From: Schizochytrium sp. TIO01
Taxonomy: Eukaryota; Protista; Bigyra: Labyrinthulomycetes
Reading direction: 5' to 3'
DNA: 64,000 nt
Assembly: GCA_004764695.1 (NCBI GenBank)
Contig: SMSO01000008.1
Location: 1-64,000, forward strand
Every line of letters starts with the position of its first letter. The first letter of the stretch is position 1. The notes under the pieces were generated by a model. That model saw only the letters and a program-made list of their open reading frames with translations, had not been told where the DNA came from and searched no databases. The position numbers were made by a program, and so were the translations under genes. Shown here in pieces: positions 44,575-57,100 of the stretch.

Positions 44575-45459
44575 CTAGGTAGTATAGATAACGAATCAAA
44601 ATCTTTTGTCTTGGTTAAAACCTAAAGCAAAACAAATAATCATTATAGCTCTACTTCTTTTAAATGTCTAGTGCCTACCTAGCTTGTTATTGCAGATCTT
44701 TTACTCCAAAAAAAGTTACATGATCATTTTTTCGCTTAGCACTTTTGGGCAACTATTGCCGCGGGCTAGATTGTCATAATACTAGGTACTTGATGATCAA
44801 GCTTATCCTCGAGAAAGAAATCGATTATCCAACAACAAATGAGAGTTATTCATTACTTTTTTGAAGCTCTCATTTTTATTCACATTTAATGATAGGTAAG
44901 GTAGCCTCTTGAGAGCAACTACCGTAATAGGTATCAAGGTGTGGTTGTGTATAAATTTGATAGTTATCAGATGAATATTATGAATCGATGTTCTCATTCC
45001 AACGGGTCTTCTGTTCAGCTCCTTAATTGTGATTTTCTGCCATTTTTTTTTTTTCGAACTGTATATTCTATCTTATGTTTCAAGCACGATTAAGGCGAAC
45101 AAATGAAGAAAATTTGCCATGTATGTACTCAAGCAAACCGGATTAACCTGCATCTAGGAGAAAGAGTGGGTACAGCTAGGACCGATCTAAAGGTTTCAAC
45201 TGTGTTCACAGTCTCTATAAAATATCATGCTTTTCCTTTCACCTTCTTTCATAGTTATTGCTCAATCGCTCTCATCAGTTTGTTTCTTTGCAAGATTCTC
45301 TCTTTACGTTCAACACTGCGAACTGATCTATGATACGAACTTCGGTCTCTTTCAGTACACTCTAATATCAACTAATATCTACATCAAAAACTCAGCTTCG
45401 TTCATCTCTATCTCGTACTAACTAATACTCTAAATCAAATGAAAAATTGAGAAGGAAAA

Positions 45460-45960
45460 TCAACTATTCAGTTCATGTTGACTCCACAGCATTTCGAGGT
45501 CGTCAGTTTCTCTGGCTAATTGCTCAAGGTCATTACAGACATAAGATCTGGCAAAGTCAATTTACTGCCACAGACTCGCCATTCCAAAAAAAGTTGTGTA
45601 GAGCAACATTGACGTAGCCCTGTGCACTGCCATTAAGGCCTCACGGAGACAACGTTGTGTAGGCGCGGCAAGCTTTTGTTACTGTTGCGACATTTTGAGG
45701 AGCGTACCACTGGTGCCATACTCGTTTACTACAAGGAAGCGCTCCATCCTCGAATAAAGCATGCCAAAGATAAATTGAGGCACCATAGTGTGTTGCAGTT
45801 TCTGCAAAGGTATACAGTACATTTCTATTTCGTTCATGTATATAAATTCTATAAGCTGAGCTTCTTCTTGGTGGTCCGGAGAGGAAAGACTCTTAACTAT
45901 TGCATCAAGTCCCTTGCCGTCATTGAGAGTCATTTGGGGAATGTGTGCTGAGCGAGTCAT
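45460..45960 (-). pseudogene. Decayed kinase-like gene (copy 2)
   Basis: Nucleotide paralog of 34900-35340 (CAGCATTTCGAGGTC, TTGCTCAAGGTCA, CCACAGAyTCGCCATTCCA, CTACAAGGAAGCGCTCCAT), with frameshifts. Confidence 0.6.
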
Positions 45961-46412
45961 GCAAATGGATACGTATGTTGGGAGTCTTCTTAGGCAAAGT
46001 TGGATTCAACTCATAAGTATACCCGTGGTACAATTATCCTGTAAAAACTTGGACTGTATTGATAGTGGAGAATTACTTGGTTTATTGGTATGAAAAGTAC
46101 TTTTTGAACAAGCTTGACTTATTTCACGACATAACAAGTAGAAAAAGTTGATTTTGACACCATTCTGGGAAGAAGTCCTTTCATCGATAACTCACATATT
46201 TCCTCGCAATTTGCTAAAGGAGTCATAGAAGCTACCTATCATCTTTTATCGAAATAGAGGTGTTCGGGGATATGGCATATTATTATGTGAGGTTAGTATT
46301 CGCTCTGCTAGCTCACTCATGCTTGTGATCCTCACTTGCCTTTTGAATGCTCACCTTCTTTGGGATTTAGAATATACAATTTATGAAGATCCTTGAGAAC
46401 TTGGTAGTATCC

Positions 46413-46483
46413 GCGTCAGTGGTTTAGTGGTAAAATAGCTGTTTGCCATGCGGCTGCCCCGGGTTCGATTCCCGGCTGACGCT
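46413..46483 (+). tRNA. tRNA-Gly(GCC)
   Basis: Acceptor stem GCGTCAG/CTGACGC, A box TGGTTTAGTGG, anticodon arm GCTGT-TTGCCAT-GCGGC, B box GGTTCGATTCC. Confidence 0.93.
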
Positions 46484-47448
46484 TTCAAGTCGATTTTTTT
46501 TAATTAAAATTATTCTTAGGCCTATAGATAGATATAGGTATAGAAGCAGCCTGCCACTGCTTCCTAAGTTAGGTAAAGGCCTATTCTATTTCAGTTAAAC
46601 AAAATCTCTCCGGACTACGACTCAAGCCTTAGACCCTTACCTAACTTCGAGAATCGTTTTCCGGGAACGACCTACCTTACCAGATTGAATTGGCTAAAGT
46701 TTTTTCTAACATACAATCGAATAGTAATTCCAAACACGGTTACCTCATGTTTTCTAACTTTTAGTTTTTATCTAAATATGAGTGCTCTACTTTAAATTGA
46801 GTTTTTCCCAAGTAGGAACGCCCCTGACTGCTCACTTATGTAGATACTCTACCAAATAACAGCGCTTCTGTTGCCTGTCATGAGTGCTTGAGTTATTTAC
46901 CCAAGTTAAAAGGTTTTAACTCGGTACTTCTGACTAGTGAGACTGGTCACCCGCCATGAGCATGAGCATGAGCTTGTGTGTAGCACTAGTACTAGGAATA
47001 GTATAGTACCTTTTTTCTCTTTTTTATTTTGCTAAGTCACCTCTCTCTGGATAGATCTGCTCGTTTTAGACCCATTGTATTTCTGGGAGTAGGTAATATT
47101 GAATGATTTTTTGTTTTGGCTTGAGTTTTTTAAAATAGTAAATTTAAGATTATAAAACTCATTACCTCTGATTAGAAGGGGGGCTACTTATTAAACTCTG
47201 ATAACGAGCAAAAAGTGTTGTGAAAAAGAACGCACGATCCTCTCCATGTCACGCGTTCCGGATCACAGTTACAAGTCATAAGCCATCACTATGTTTGGTT
47301 AGTTCATGGGTACCAGAAGAAAAATGAGACTACGTGACATGTTCTCTCCCACCAATTACACTAGCTGTCAATGATTCCTAAGATTACTTTACTTAAAATA
47401 AATTTTTATTCATCCTGCTTTTCATGAACTGTGACTAGCTAGAGTAAT

Positions 47449-47554
47449 GTTTCCCGGGAAACCCTCTTTTAATTCACGATCTTTGATCGAGTAAAATGGT
47501 ACCTCTCGCCGGAATTGCGCTGTTTCCCGGGAAACAGCATGGTTTCCCGGGAAA
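47449..47554. promoter_or_regulatory. Three TTTCCCGGGAAA palindromes upstream of the Mx-like gene
   Basis: GTTTCCCGGGAAAC at 47449-47462, GCTGTTTCCCGGGAAACAGC at 47519-47538 (20-bp perfect palindrome) and TTTCCCGGGAAA at 47543-47554. The ATG is at 47675. Regulatory function is inferred. Confidence 0.6.
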
Positions 47555-47674
47555 TAGCTCAAAAATTAAAATCGAGATCCAGATTCAAATCCAAAACGTG
47601 CGAAGCATCAGGCGCTTAAGCAAGTAAGAGAGAGGAGCGAGTAGACTTGGAGCTGACGCATAACCGTTTGAATT

Positions 47675-50119
47675 ATGACTGCACAAAGTCTCGACGATGA
47701 GCTTTCCAAAGAGTTCGTTAAGTACGTCAAGCCACTCTTGGCGATAAACGACAAATTGAGAAAGCTGACTAAGCTTGAAGATGACATCAATACGTCAACA
47801 ATCGTAGCTGTTGGCGACCAATCGCACGGGAAAAGCTCCGTAATCGAAGCGCTCAGTGGTGTATTGTTGCCGCGCGGGCAAGGTATGAAAACCAAGCTTC
47901 CACTCAGCCTTCATCTTCGCAGCGCAGAAGAAGAGAAGGCAATAATTCAGTTTGCAGGTCGAAAGGATCGGGAAGTCTCTCTCGCTGATGTAGCAAAAGC
48001 TATCGATGAACTGACAGCAGAAGTTGTAGGGGAAGGCGTTGCAGATGTGAAGGGTGAGGAAATTGATCTGACGGTTTTTCGCCCTGGACAGGTTGACCTA
48101 GACCTGATTGATCTGCCTGGTATGACTCGAGCAACAGGGGAATCTGGCCCTGCTGATCTAGAAACTCGAATCAAAGATATGTATTGCCACTACATGCGCC
48201 CACCTGAAGCAGTATTACTCAATGTAGTTGCAGCCCAAACGGACACAGGCAACAGTACTGGATTCAAGATGAGCATAGACTTTGACGCTCATCGCAAGCG
48301 TACCTTATTGTGTTATACCAAGATGGATTCATACTCTGACAACCCGAAGCATTTCGTAGAGCGTGTTAAGCGTGACCTTGAAGCCTTCACTCTCGATCCT
48401 CACGATGTATTTTGCGTCCGAAATCGTTCACAAGCTGAATCGGAGAATGGGTTGTCGCTGGAGGATGCACGTGAAAAGGAATCGAAATGCCTTGCTGATC
48501 CAGAAGGTCCGGCGCTAGCTGCAAATGAACAATTGAAAGTAGGACTCGGGAGGGCGGGCCTTGCCCAGCGTCTCGCTTACATTCAGCGCAAGCGCATAGC
48601 AGAGGCACTTCCAGAACTAATGAAGGCACTGGATAAACGCCTACTTAACCTTCAGCAAGAGTTAGATGATCTTCCCAAGATCTATTTGACGGAAGCGGAT
48701 TGTGTTATAGAGTTACAAAAATGTCTCTCCAACATCAGGTTGGGATTAAAATCTTCGCGTGAAGGTCGTGTGAAAGCAAACCCTAGCTTCATTGTTCTAA
48801 GCCTTGAATTAGGTGCGAGCACTCCCAAAAATGAGGAGGAGAAAGATGGCAGGTGGGTCGTTTCTGCGCACTGGGACTTTCGGAGTGCAGGTGCTAAAGA
48901 AATGCACGATCAGAAAGTCAAGCAACAAATGGAACATGCAGGCCTTGGTCGTTATTCCGAAGAGTTACTTCGGCGTGCAAACGACAATGTTACCTGTAGA
49001 ACCTTGGACGAGATGGGGGTGCGAGATTACCATAAACAGCGGGAAATATTGTCTATTCTGAAGGAGAATGACAACGCTGAGATCGATGAGGATCTCTTAA
49101 TTGTGAGCGTTCGTGACAAGAAAGAATCCAATTTCTCCTATGAGGTACAGGTCACTCCAAAAGTTGCATCGTCATCTACAATGTCAAGTGATGAAATCGA
49201 GCCCGGCGATTCAGCAGAATTCTCTTGCCCATCGCCGTGCGCAGTCAATATAGAAACTATTATCCGTGTTGGCCAGCAAGGAGTTCCTTCCACGTCATGC
49301 TCTTCATTTGCCCGCAGCAAAGACAAATTTGTAGAAGCAGTACGAACTAACAAACCCCTTACATTCTTCTTCTCAAAGACCTTTTTCAGTACAATGAAAG
49401 ACTGTTACGAGCAGTACCGTGGTTGCGAGGGGCTCCCAGGTACCTTACCCAGTCACGTTGCTGTCGATGTAGCTCGGGAACTCCAGAAAGATATCTATCC
49501 GTTTGCAGATGAATTTGCAGACCACGTTCAAAGAGATGTTGTTAAGTGGACAGAGGGAGAAGCGTTAGCTCATCTAGGCTCTCTTCCATTACTTTATGAA
49601 AAGGCATCAGAAGCAATTCGCCGAGTCTTAACCTCAGCCCGCCTTCATTTGGGAGAAGATCTTATGACAACACGGAGATGTTTTGATCAAGTGATGCTGG
49701 AAGATCACTATTTTAGCTTTGTTCTCAAAGATATTCGTGACAAAGTCACAGAGGTGCGCAGAGGAGAGAGAGAACTCGGATTTCTAACGCAAGAAATAGT
49801 GGAAAGAATGGATAATCATGATTCTGGAATTGTAGACGACATTTCGCGACTCGCTGCCTATTGGAAAGTAATGTGCAAAGAGTATTCCGGTTATGTAACC
49901 AAACTCGTCAAGGTACACTTGTTATCCCAAAAAACCGACGATGATGTCATGGCTGCGATTTCGGGAGATTGCTTTAGCGGTAACACGCTGGTGCAGCAAA
50001 TGGCTCCAAGCCAGAAACAAAGACAAGCTAGAGTTGAACTGGAGCAACGCATTAATAATCTTAGAGATGCTAAAAAAGAATACGAACATGCTAAAAATTC
50101 CCAGCTCCTTTTTGAGTGA
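47675..50119 (+). CDS. Mx-like dynamin-family GTPase (814 aa, intronless) with a central insertion that includes a SAM-like segment
   Basis: G1 VGDQSHGKSS, LPRGQG..T (G2), G3 DLPG, G4 TKMD, VRNRSQ, helical stalk and GED-like C-terminus (LAAYWKV...RVELEQRINNLRDAK). Confidence 0.9.
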   Translation: MTAQSLDDELSKEFVKYVKPLLAINDKLRKLTKLEDDINTSTIVAVGDQSHGKSSVIEALSGVLLPRGQGMKTKLPLSLHLRSAEEEKAIIQFAGRKDREVSLADVAKAIDELTAEVVGEGVADVKGEEIDLTVFRPGQVDLDLIDLPGMTRATGESGPADLETRIKDMYCHYMRPPEAVLLNVVAAQTDTGNSTGFKMSIDFDAHRKRTLLCYTKMDSYSDNPKHFVERVKRDLEAFTLDPHDVFCVRNRSQAESENGLSLEDAREKESKCLADPEGPALAANEQLKVGLGRAGLAQRLAYIQRKRIAEALPELMKALDKRLLNLQQELDDLPKIYLTEADCVIELQKCLSNIRLGLKSSREGRVKANPSFIVLSLELGASTPKNEEEKDGRWVVSAHWDFRSAGAKEMHDQKVKQQMEHAGLGRYSEELLRRANDNVTCRTLDEMGVRDYHKQREILSILKENDNAEIDEDLLIVSVRDKKESNFSYEVQVTPKVASSSTMSSDEIEPGDSAEFSCPSPCAVNIETIIRVGQQGVPSTSCSSFARSKDKFVEAVRTNKPLTFFFSKTFFSTMKDCYEQYRGCEGLPGTLPSHVAVDVARELQKDIYPFADEFADHVQRDVVKWTEGEALAHLGSLPLLYEKASEAIRRVLTSARLHLGEDLMTTRRCFDQVMLEDHYFSFVLKDIRDKVTEVRRGERELGFLTQEIVERMDNHDSGIVDDISRLAAYWKVMCKEYSGYVTKLVKVHLLSQKTDDDVMAAISGDCFSGNTLVQQMAPSQKQRQARVELEQRINNLRDAKKEYEHAKNSQLLFE

Positions 50120-51759
50120 AAAAGGTTCTGCCATAGTATTGAGCTGTCTCCTGCGCAACTCGACAAGGGGGGAAGACAACAACGAGATATTCTTCTCAAG
50201 TAAAACGAATATCACTAACAGCCACTTTACTGAGGAATTGAAAGAGTAGGCTAGCAAATACCATTTCACAACCAAAGCAAAACTTATTTCTTTCCTTCTC
50301 TTTCTTTTAAATAAAATTTTATGCAAAAAAAAGTCATTCAGGCTAGACCTGACTATTTCCCAAGCATAGCAAGGCCTCCACAAACTAGAGGGGTAAGAAA
50401 GCGTGTGAAGGGTCACCGGAGATATAACTTTATCATGCATTCCAAGCGTCTCGATTCCTCTCCCTTGTCAACTTCTAGTTAGGGATTAGTCTTCAATATG
50501 GAATTATAGAGGGGGCGAGAATTTATATATTATTTCATTTATAGAAAACATGATCTTGTATCATAGTTTTATTATTGCATTCGCGAAACATACAATTCAA
50601 GGACTCTTCAGTAAATCTAGAATTGCGCGCAGTAGTAATCGATGAAAATAAACTTCCATGAAATTCTCTTCCTGCGTCAATCGAGAAACTTATCTCCAAT
50701 TAAAAGAGGGTTTGACTCTTATTCCAAAACCAAATATGTTGAAGAAGTTCTCAGCCAGTCTGAAAAGAATGAATCTTTATTTGCTTTGAAGGGCTTCTGA
50801 GGGTATAACAAGCTACCCTTTGAGAAATGCATGAGTCCTCGTATAGCCTTCAAACAGCAAGACAGTTAAGCGAACGAATTTTTATGTCTTCTGAGATCTT
50901 CAATTGAAGGAACATGCAGACGATACACTGCTCGAGTTCTTGCATACAATTGTAAGTCGCCCAGGATCCAGTAACTGCGTAGACTTAGAACTAGACAACC
51001 AAAAGGGTAATTTTTAGTTCCAAAGATGTCAGCAACTAAAAGTTGAGTTGTACATTCCGCAGAACAGGTATGGTGAAGTCTGAATTAATGGTTGAAGAGA
51101 AAAGTCAACCTAGTATGAATACAGATCGACTCCATATTTGGCTCTGTAATCACAACATGAACCCCTCTGCCTTGTGAACCCAATCCAAAGGTAGATGATC
51201 CCAAACTCAAAAAGCCAAAGTGTAGGAAGCCTTCTTCGATCCTCCCCCAGGCCACCTCTAGTCAACCAGATTCATCTCTCAGCAATATAACTACTAATCA
51301 TAACAAAGGTATTCTTAAATAGGTTACTAAGAATAACTCCATTCAATATTGTTCTACATATCGACATGATTTCACATGTTCTTTTTCTTTTGACTTTTTG
51401 ATAAAGGCGGTATTTTGATTCAACGATTTCGGAAAACGATAAATAAATCGTCGCAAAATTGACCCTTAATTCAATTACATTGAATGAAACCTCGCCTTTC
51501 AGGCCGCGGTTACTTTATCAAGTGAACTTTTTTGAAATCAAGTTACCTGAATTTGGGTGGCCAAGAAGAGTTTCTTCAAAGAGGAATACTGGATACAATA
51601 AAATGCTCATAGACTTTTCCTATGAACCGCAAAATACTAGGATTCAGCATGATGGTTTCTTCAAAACTGCTATTTTTATTTTTATTGTTTTACTGCTAGT
51701 TTTAAAAGTTCTGAACCTAGGAGCTGCTGACTCAGCCGCACATGAGCATGCGAAATGAC

Positions 51760-52330
51760 CAGTCCCGTTTCATGTATCTCCCACATTTCCCCCAAAGACT
51801 TCTGGGAGCATGTTCGAACCTGTATATCGTATCTCAGTATGCTCCAGTTTCAAGCGACGATTCACTTTTGAGGTCTGTGCTGAGATCTCCAATCGAAGGA
51901 ATCAGTGGACAAGATATTGCTAGAGTTCTAGACATCTTTTTGTAAAGACCTCATGGATATATGGCATATACTAAAGCAGAATTATACAATCGAACTTAGG
52001 TGGTCAAGAAGCCAAAAACCAAAAGTGCGACTACACATTTTCTAGAACTAAGAGTGGTGCAACTTGACCTGCTGGTTGAAAAGGTTGAAATAATCTAACC
52101 CTATCAATTCTATCTAACATAGTTCACAAATGTTTTAGCCTCCTAACTACTACATGAATCAGTCTGCCCTGGAATTCATTTCCCAGGACAGCAGTTCGCT
52201 AACTCTTAAAATGAACCTTTTTAAGGCCTTCATCAAGTCTCTATCCTTCATCTTCATATCCGACCTCCAGCTCACGAGATTAATCTTCGAGCAATCATTG
52301 TCCCTAACCTTCCAATGGCGGAGACTATAT
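51760..52330 (-). pseudogene. Third, partial copy of the 5' half of the kinase-like pseudogene
   Basis: Shares TGAGATCTCCAATCGAA, AGTGGACAAGA, CTACATGAATC, CGCTAACTCTTAAA and GCCTTCATCAAG with 35560-36050. Confidence 0.5.
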
Positions 52331-52768
52331 TAACAGGTCGTTTGTGATTGAGTAAATTTTCAAGTCAGCAGTCAGTTCAAGAGAATGCAAAAGAGTGATA
52401 CTTGTGTGACGTAATTTCAGATGATTCTGCGAATTTGTTTCCCCATTTATTTTTTGATTTCCACCCCGTCGTCTCCTCAAGAAAAAAAAACAAAAAAAAC
52501 ACGGAAACTCTGTCTAGTGCTAGCAAAGTTGCATCCTCTTCAGGCCTCGTAAGCGTATCAGAAACAGAACTAATCTCTCTTTAGAGGCCAAAATCAATGC
52601 ATTCTGCCGTTTCTCAAACGAATTAGCAAGGTTGTTGCTCTCCACTATTATTATAAAGAGGCGTTGCCAGAGGAGAAAAGCAGGTACTCTAGGGTCTTGT
52701 CTAGCAAAGAAGAGCAGAACCCCAAATTCGTATTGGTTTTGCCCTTAGATCTCCGAACAAACTTTTTT

Positions 52769-52964
52769 TATTGCAGAGTAGCTTGTACTGTGAAGCGTGC
52801 AGAGGTAGTCTGACAATGATGTTGAACTCAGGAGAAAGAGAAATAGGATGATATTTGAGTTATAGAGGTTTCGGGTCCGGATACAGGCAGTCATGAATGT
52901 ATAACGTCGGGAGAGCTTGGTTACGTTAGGTTAGGTTAGGCAGTAGCTGTATCTTACTTCAATG
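52769..52964 (-). mobile_element. Diverged solo LTR of the element-2 family, inverted
   Basis: TATTGCAGAGTAGC...GTTAGGTTAGGTTAGGCAGTAGCTGTAT..TTACTTCAAT is the reverse complement of the element-2 LTR. Confidence 0.88.
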
Positions 52965-53522
52965 GTTTTGTCCTTAGATCTCTGAATGAACTTTTTGGAA
53001 GATGTATGTGCTCTCCTTTGTTTCTTGACGCTTTCAACAGTTCGATCTAAATCCGACACCCCATGTGACTTCTCGGACCCTTTCTCAAAACTAAATTCGC
53101 CTACTTGTGCTTTGAGGACCAGTCCAACTTAATCTGGCCCTAAGCAGCGCGTACGGGTGCAACTAGAAGGAGTTTGTGAGTCTTGGAGTACCTATATTTT
53201 GCCGTTCACTGAGCTTTTCTGTGATCCTATTTCCCACAGCTTTGCTTGTCCACTCCGCTTCACATGTCGTGAAGTAGGTCTCTTTGTCGCTATGGTACCT
53301 ATGCTGTACACCCACTTCACATGCGACCAGAGAGATATGAACTCGTTGGTCTAGTGTATATAGCGAAAGCAACCTAGGCGTCGTGGTTAACCAGGCAAAT
53401 AAGGTCAAATGTTCTGATTCTCGCAACTATGCTTGGACCATCACTTCAAGAAAAGATAGGTTGTGAGAAATTCTAGTAATTTTAATAAAATGCATGACGC
53501 CGAAGCTTCACCAATATGATAT

Positions 53523-53593
53523 GCGTCAGTGGTTTAGTGGTAAAATAGCTGTTTGCCATGCGGCTGCCCCGGGTTCGATTCCCGGCTGACGCT
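53523..53593 (+). tRNA. tRNA-Gly(GCC), identical second copy
   Basis: Same 71-nt sequence as 46413-46483, followed by a T-run. Confidence 0.93.
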
Positions 53594-54197
53594 TATTTTT
53601 TACCCCTTCTCAGTGCTGCTTTTTTATTACTTTATTTAAATGTTATTTATATATGTAAAAGGTACTAAGTTGATGGTGATTATATAATTTATCACCTCAT
53701 TGGTCAAAAGGTACATCTATCAGCAGCGTGACTTGAATAACATAGCTAACTACTTGACATCGTAGTATGGGTATCTTTTGGCTCTCATTTTAAGAAATTA
53801 CTTGAATAAGTTTTTATTGAAGTAATATACAGCTACTGTCTAACCTAACCTAACCTAATTTAACCAAGCTCTCCTATCCGACACATCCTGTGTATCGGAC
53901 TGACATCATACATTCATTCCTGCCTGTATCCAGACCTGAAACCCCAATAACTCATATATCATCCTCTTTCTCTTTCTCCTGAGTTCGTCATCCTTGTCAG
54001 ACTACCTCTCCACGCTTCACAGCACAGGCTACTCTGCAATAGGTTATGGGCCCAAGATACGCCAGGAAGACTCGAGCGTAACAACTCGTTTCCTAGACAT
54101 CTTGAAGATCAGACGAGCTCAACATCAGAGATAGAGTAAACTTTTTCGAAATAAGACTTCCTACGGAAAACTATACTCAGCCCTCAAGCAAGTCAAC

Positions 54198-57100
54198 ATG
54201 ACGACTCCTGGAGGCAGCAAGAAGAGCAATAAGCTCAAGAAGAAACAAGAAGCTGCGGACCAAGCGGCGAACATCAAGAAACAGAGTCCCGACTCTGATG
54301 AAGACATACGTGAAGAACTACGAAAGCTTAAAGAAAAGCTAGCAGTGTACGAACAGTGTCTTGGAGAACACACTAAGCCGAAGGATTATGATGACTTAGA
54401 ATCATTCACAATGGACCGTACTCGCAACGTTCTAATGAATAGTATCAACAAGATTCCTGTAGGACCTCCTCTTGATCCATTGGGAAGTAACTGGGAGATC
54501 TGGTCAACTGACGTCATCAGATTCATGGAATACAATGGATGTACTCCTGAAGAGATTGAAGCTTGCACTGACCCTAAGAGACAACGTCTACTTGACAGTG
54601 CACTTTACGCCTTACTCAGAAATCAAGCTGGCACAGATTTTCACGAACGACTACAACAATATGGTAAATCTCACCGTGGCGGTGAAGGACGTGCTGCCTG
54701 GGCACAACTTCAAATCGCATTTAAGAAACAGCCTGGTGAAATCAACATCAACAAGGTATCAGCACTCGTACAATGTTTTCAGCAATACCTTAACAATTCT
54801 TTTGAGAACATGTCAGAAGACGAAGTCATGACATGGTTTCTGAAACTGCACAACACTCAGTTAGACGTGCTAGCTACTGGCATGACGTTACATGATTACA
54901 TGTTTATCCTTAACCTTTTACCACGTATTCGTTACATGGGTCCACAAACAACTGCGATCTATGGCAAAGCAATTAAACTCAAAGAGTATAGTAAAGAATT
55001 GTTTCAAGAGTTACGAAACACGGAACGGGAAGTTGCACAACAATGCACACTTAAAGGCAAAAGTGGCTATTCTGCTGGGAACCCTGAACCCACACATCTA
55101 CAAGCAAACTCCTTTCACCCTTCCCGGAACAAGTTCAAGCGTCAAAAACGACCTACATCTCAAAACAACAATTCCGGGGGAGCACAACAACCCTTTCCTC
55201 AAAGGAATAAATGCTCACACTGTGGTTATTCAAATCATGCTGAGGCAAACTGCAAATTCTTGACAGCAATTTGTCCTATCTGTAACCAAGTTGGACACAG
55301 ACCCTCTGTTTGTCCACGTAGATCATCGCGACAACAAAAGTCGAACAACAAGCGTCAGCGTCATAATTCAACACCACCGTACAAAGGTCTCGCGTTACAC
55401 AACGCTCCTTTTGATCAAGGACCTTTTCATGCCAATTACAGTGTCAACCTTCTGACAATCAATCATCTAAAATCTGAACCGAAGTCAGCAGAGACAACCT
55501 CAGAAGGATTCCTACTAGATTCTGGATGCAATTTGCATGTCACACCAAATCTTACATTACTTTCAAACTATGAGAACATTAATCCACTATCAATGGATGC
55601 AGCTCAAGGATCCTCAGTTCCGATTTTAGGAAAAGGTACCCTGGAGGCACGAGTAAGATCAACGTCGGGTAGAATTGTTCCTTTAACACTTACAGTCTAC
55701 TACGCACCTTCCCTTGCTCACACATTACTGTCGACGTCTATTATGACTCAGCAAGGATTCTCATTTTTCTTCTCACAAGATAGCGATCGTATGACCACTT
55801 CACATGGAGAAGTTATTACACTCGGTCAGCAATCTGACATCCCAATGCTTATCCCTGTAAAAGCACCCAAAGTTAACGCTCTGCAACTACGGAAAGCACA
55901 AAAACTCAGTTATAAAGGAATAGATTGGCTAGAAGCTCATCTTAAATTAGGTCACGCTTCAATTCCACGCATAGCATCCTCCATAGGAGTTTCTGCATCA
56001 CAAATCGACTTCTTATGCATGGATTGTAAAGTTGCCAACTTTGAACGTATTCCAGTGACAAAAGGACCTCACACACCATATGCTAAGTCTCCTCGACAAG
56101 CTGTTACAGTTGATGTGATGGGACCATTCCACGTTCTAGGCGTCCCCCACAAGTTAAAATATGCCATAGTCTACAGAGATCTTTACTCAGACTTTACATA
56201 TGTTTATCCTATACAATCCACTGATCAAGTGTCCACGACCCTTCGTACTTTTGCTCAAGCATGGCTCCAAGGTAAAAACACCTCGCGCATTATAATTCGC
56301 ACAGACGGAGCTAAATATTTTACAGGCGGAGAGTTTGCAAGGTCACTTCACACCATGCGGTGGGAACACAAACTATCTGCACCACACTCTCATGCTACAA
56401 ATCCTGCTGAAGGCATCAATCGAGTACTAATGAATGGTCTTCGCTCCAATCTAAAAACTGCATTACTCGGAGCCAAATATTGGCCCTATGCTTTATCTCA
56501 TGCTGTACATGTCAAGAATCGCACAGCCTCAAGTCGCAATCGGAAATCTCCGTACGAACGACATTTAGGCAAAGCACCAGACTACAGCTACTTCCACATT
56601 TTTGGAGCACCATGTGTGTTCAAGAAGTTTCCCATTCCGCAAAAGTTGGAAGATAGGGGTGAACTAGGCATTTTCCTTGGATATGCTGATAGTTACACTC
56701 ATGGAACTGTACATGTCTTACCCAAAGACAAGTCCAACATCCTTCAAACGCGTGAAGTCAAGATTTTCGATCAAGCATTGACTGAACAAACTCGTCAGCG
56801 TGCAATGTCGATAGAAACCGCTCTGACACCTGATCTAATTACTCATTGGACACGTGAAGAATCAAATAAACTAATTGATGGAGAAATGTATCAGGATCTA
56901 CCTGCTTTATCCTCCACAGCTAATAATACTAAATCTTTCCTCACTCCTAATACCCCAGAATATAATGACGACCGTGAATCCAATAGTGAACACGCTAGTC
57001 GTCCGGAGGTAAACAATGACGACCGTGAATCCAGTAGTGAACACGCTAGTCGTCTGGAGGCAAATCATCATGACCGTGAATCCAATAGTGAACACGCTAG

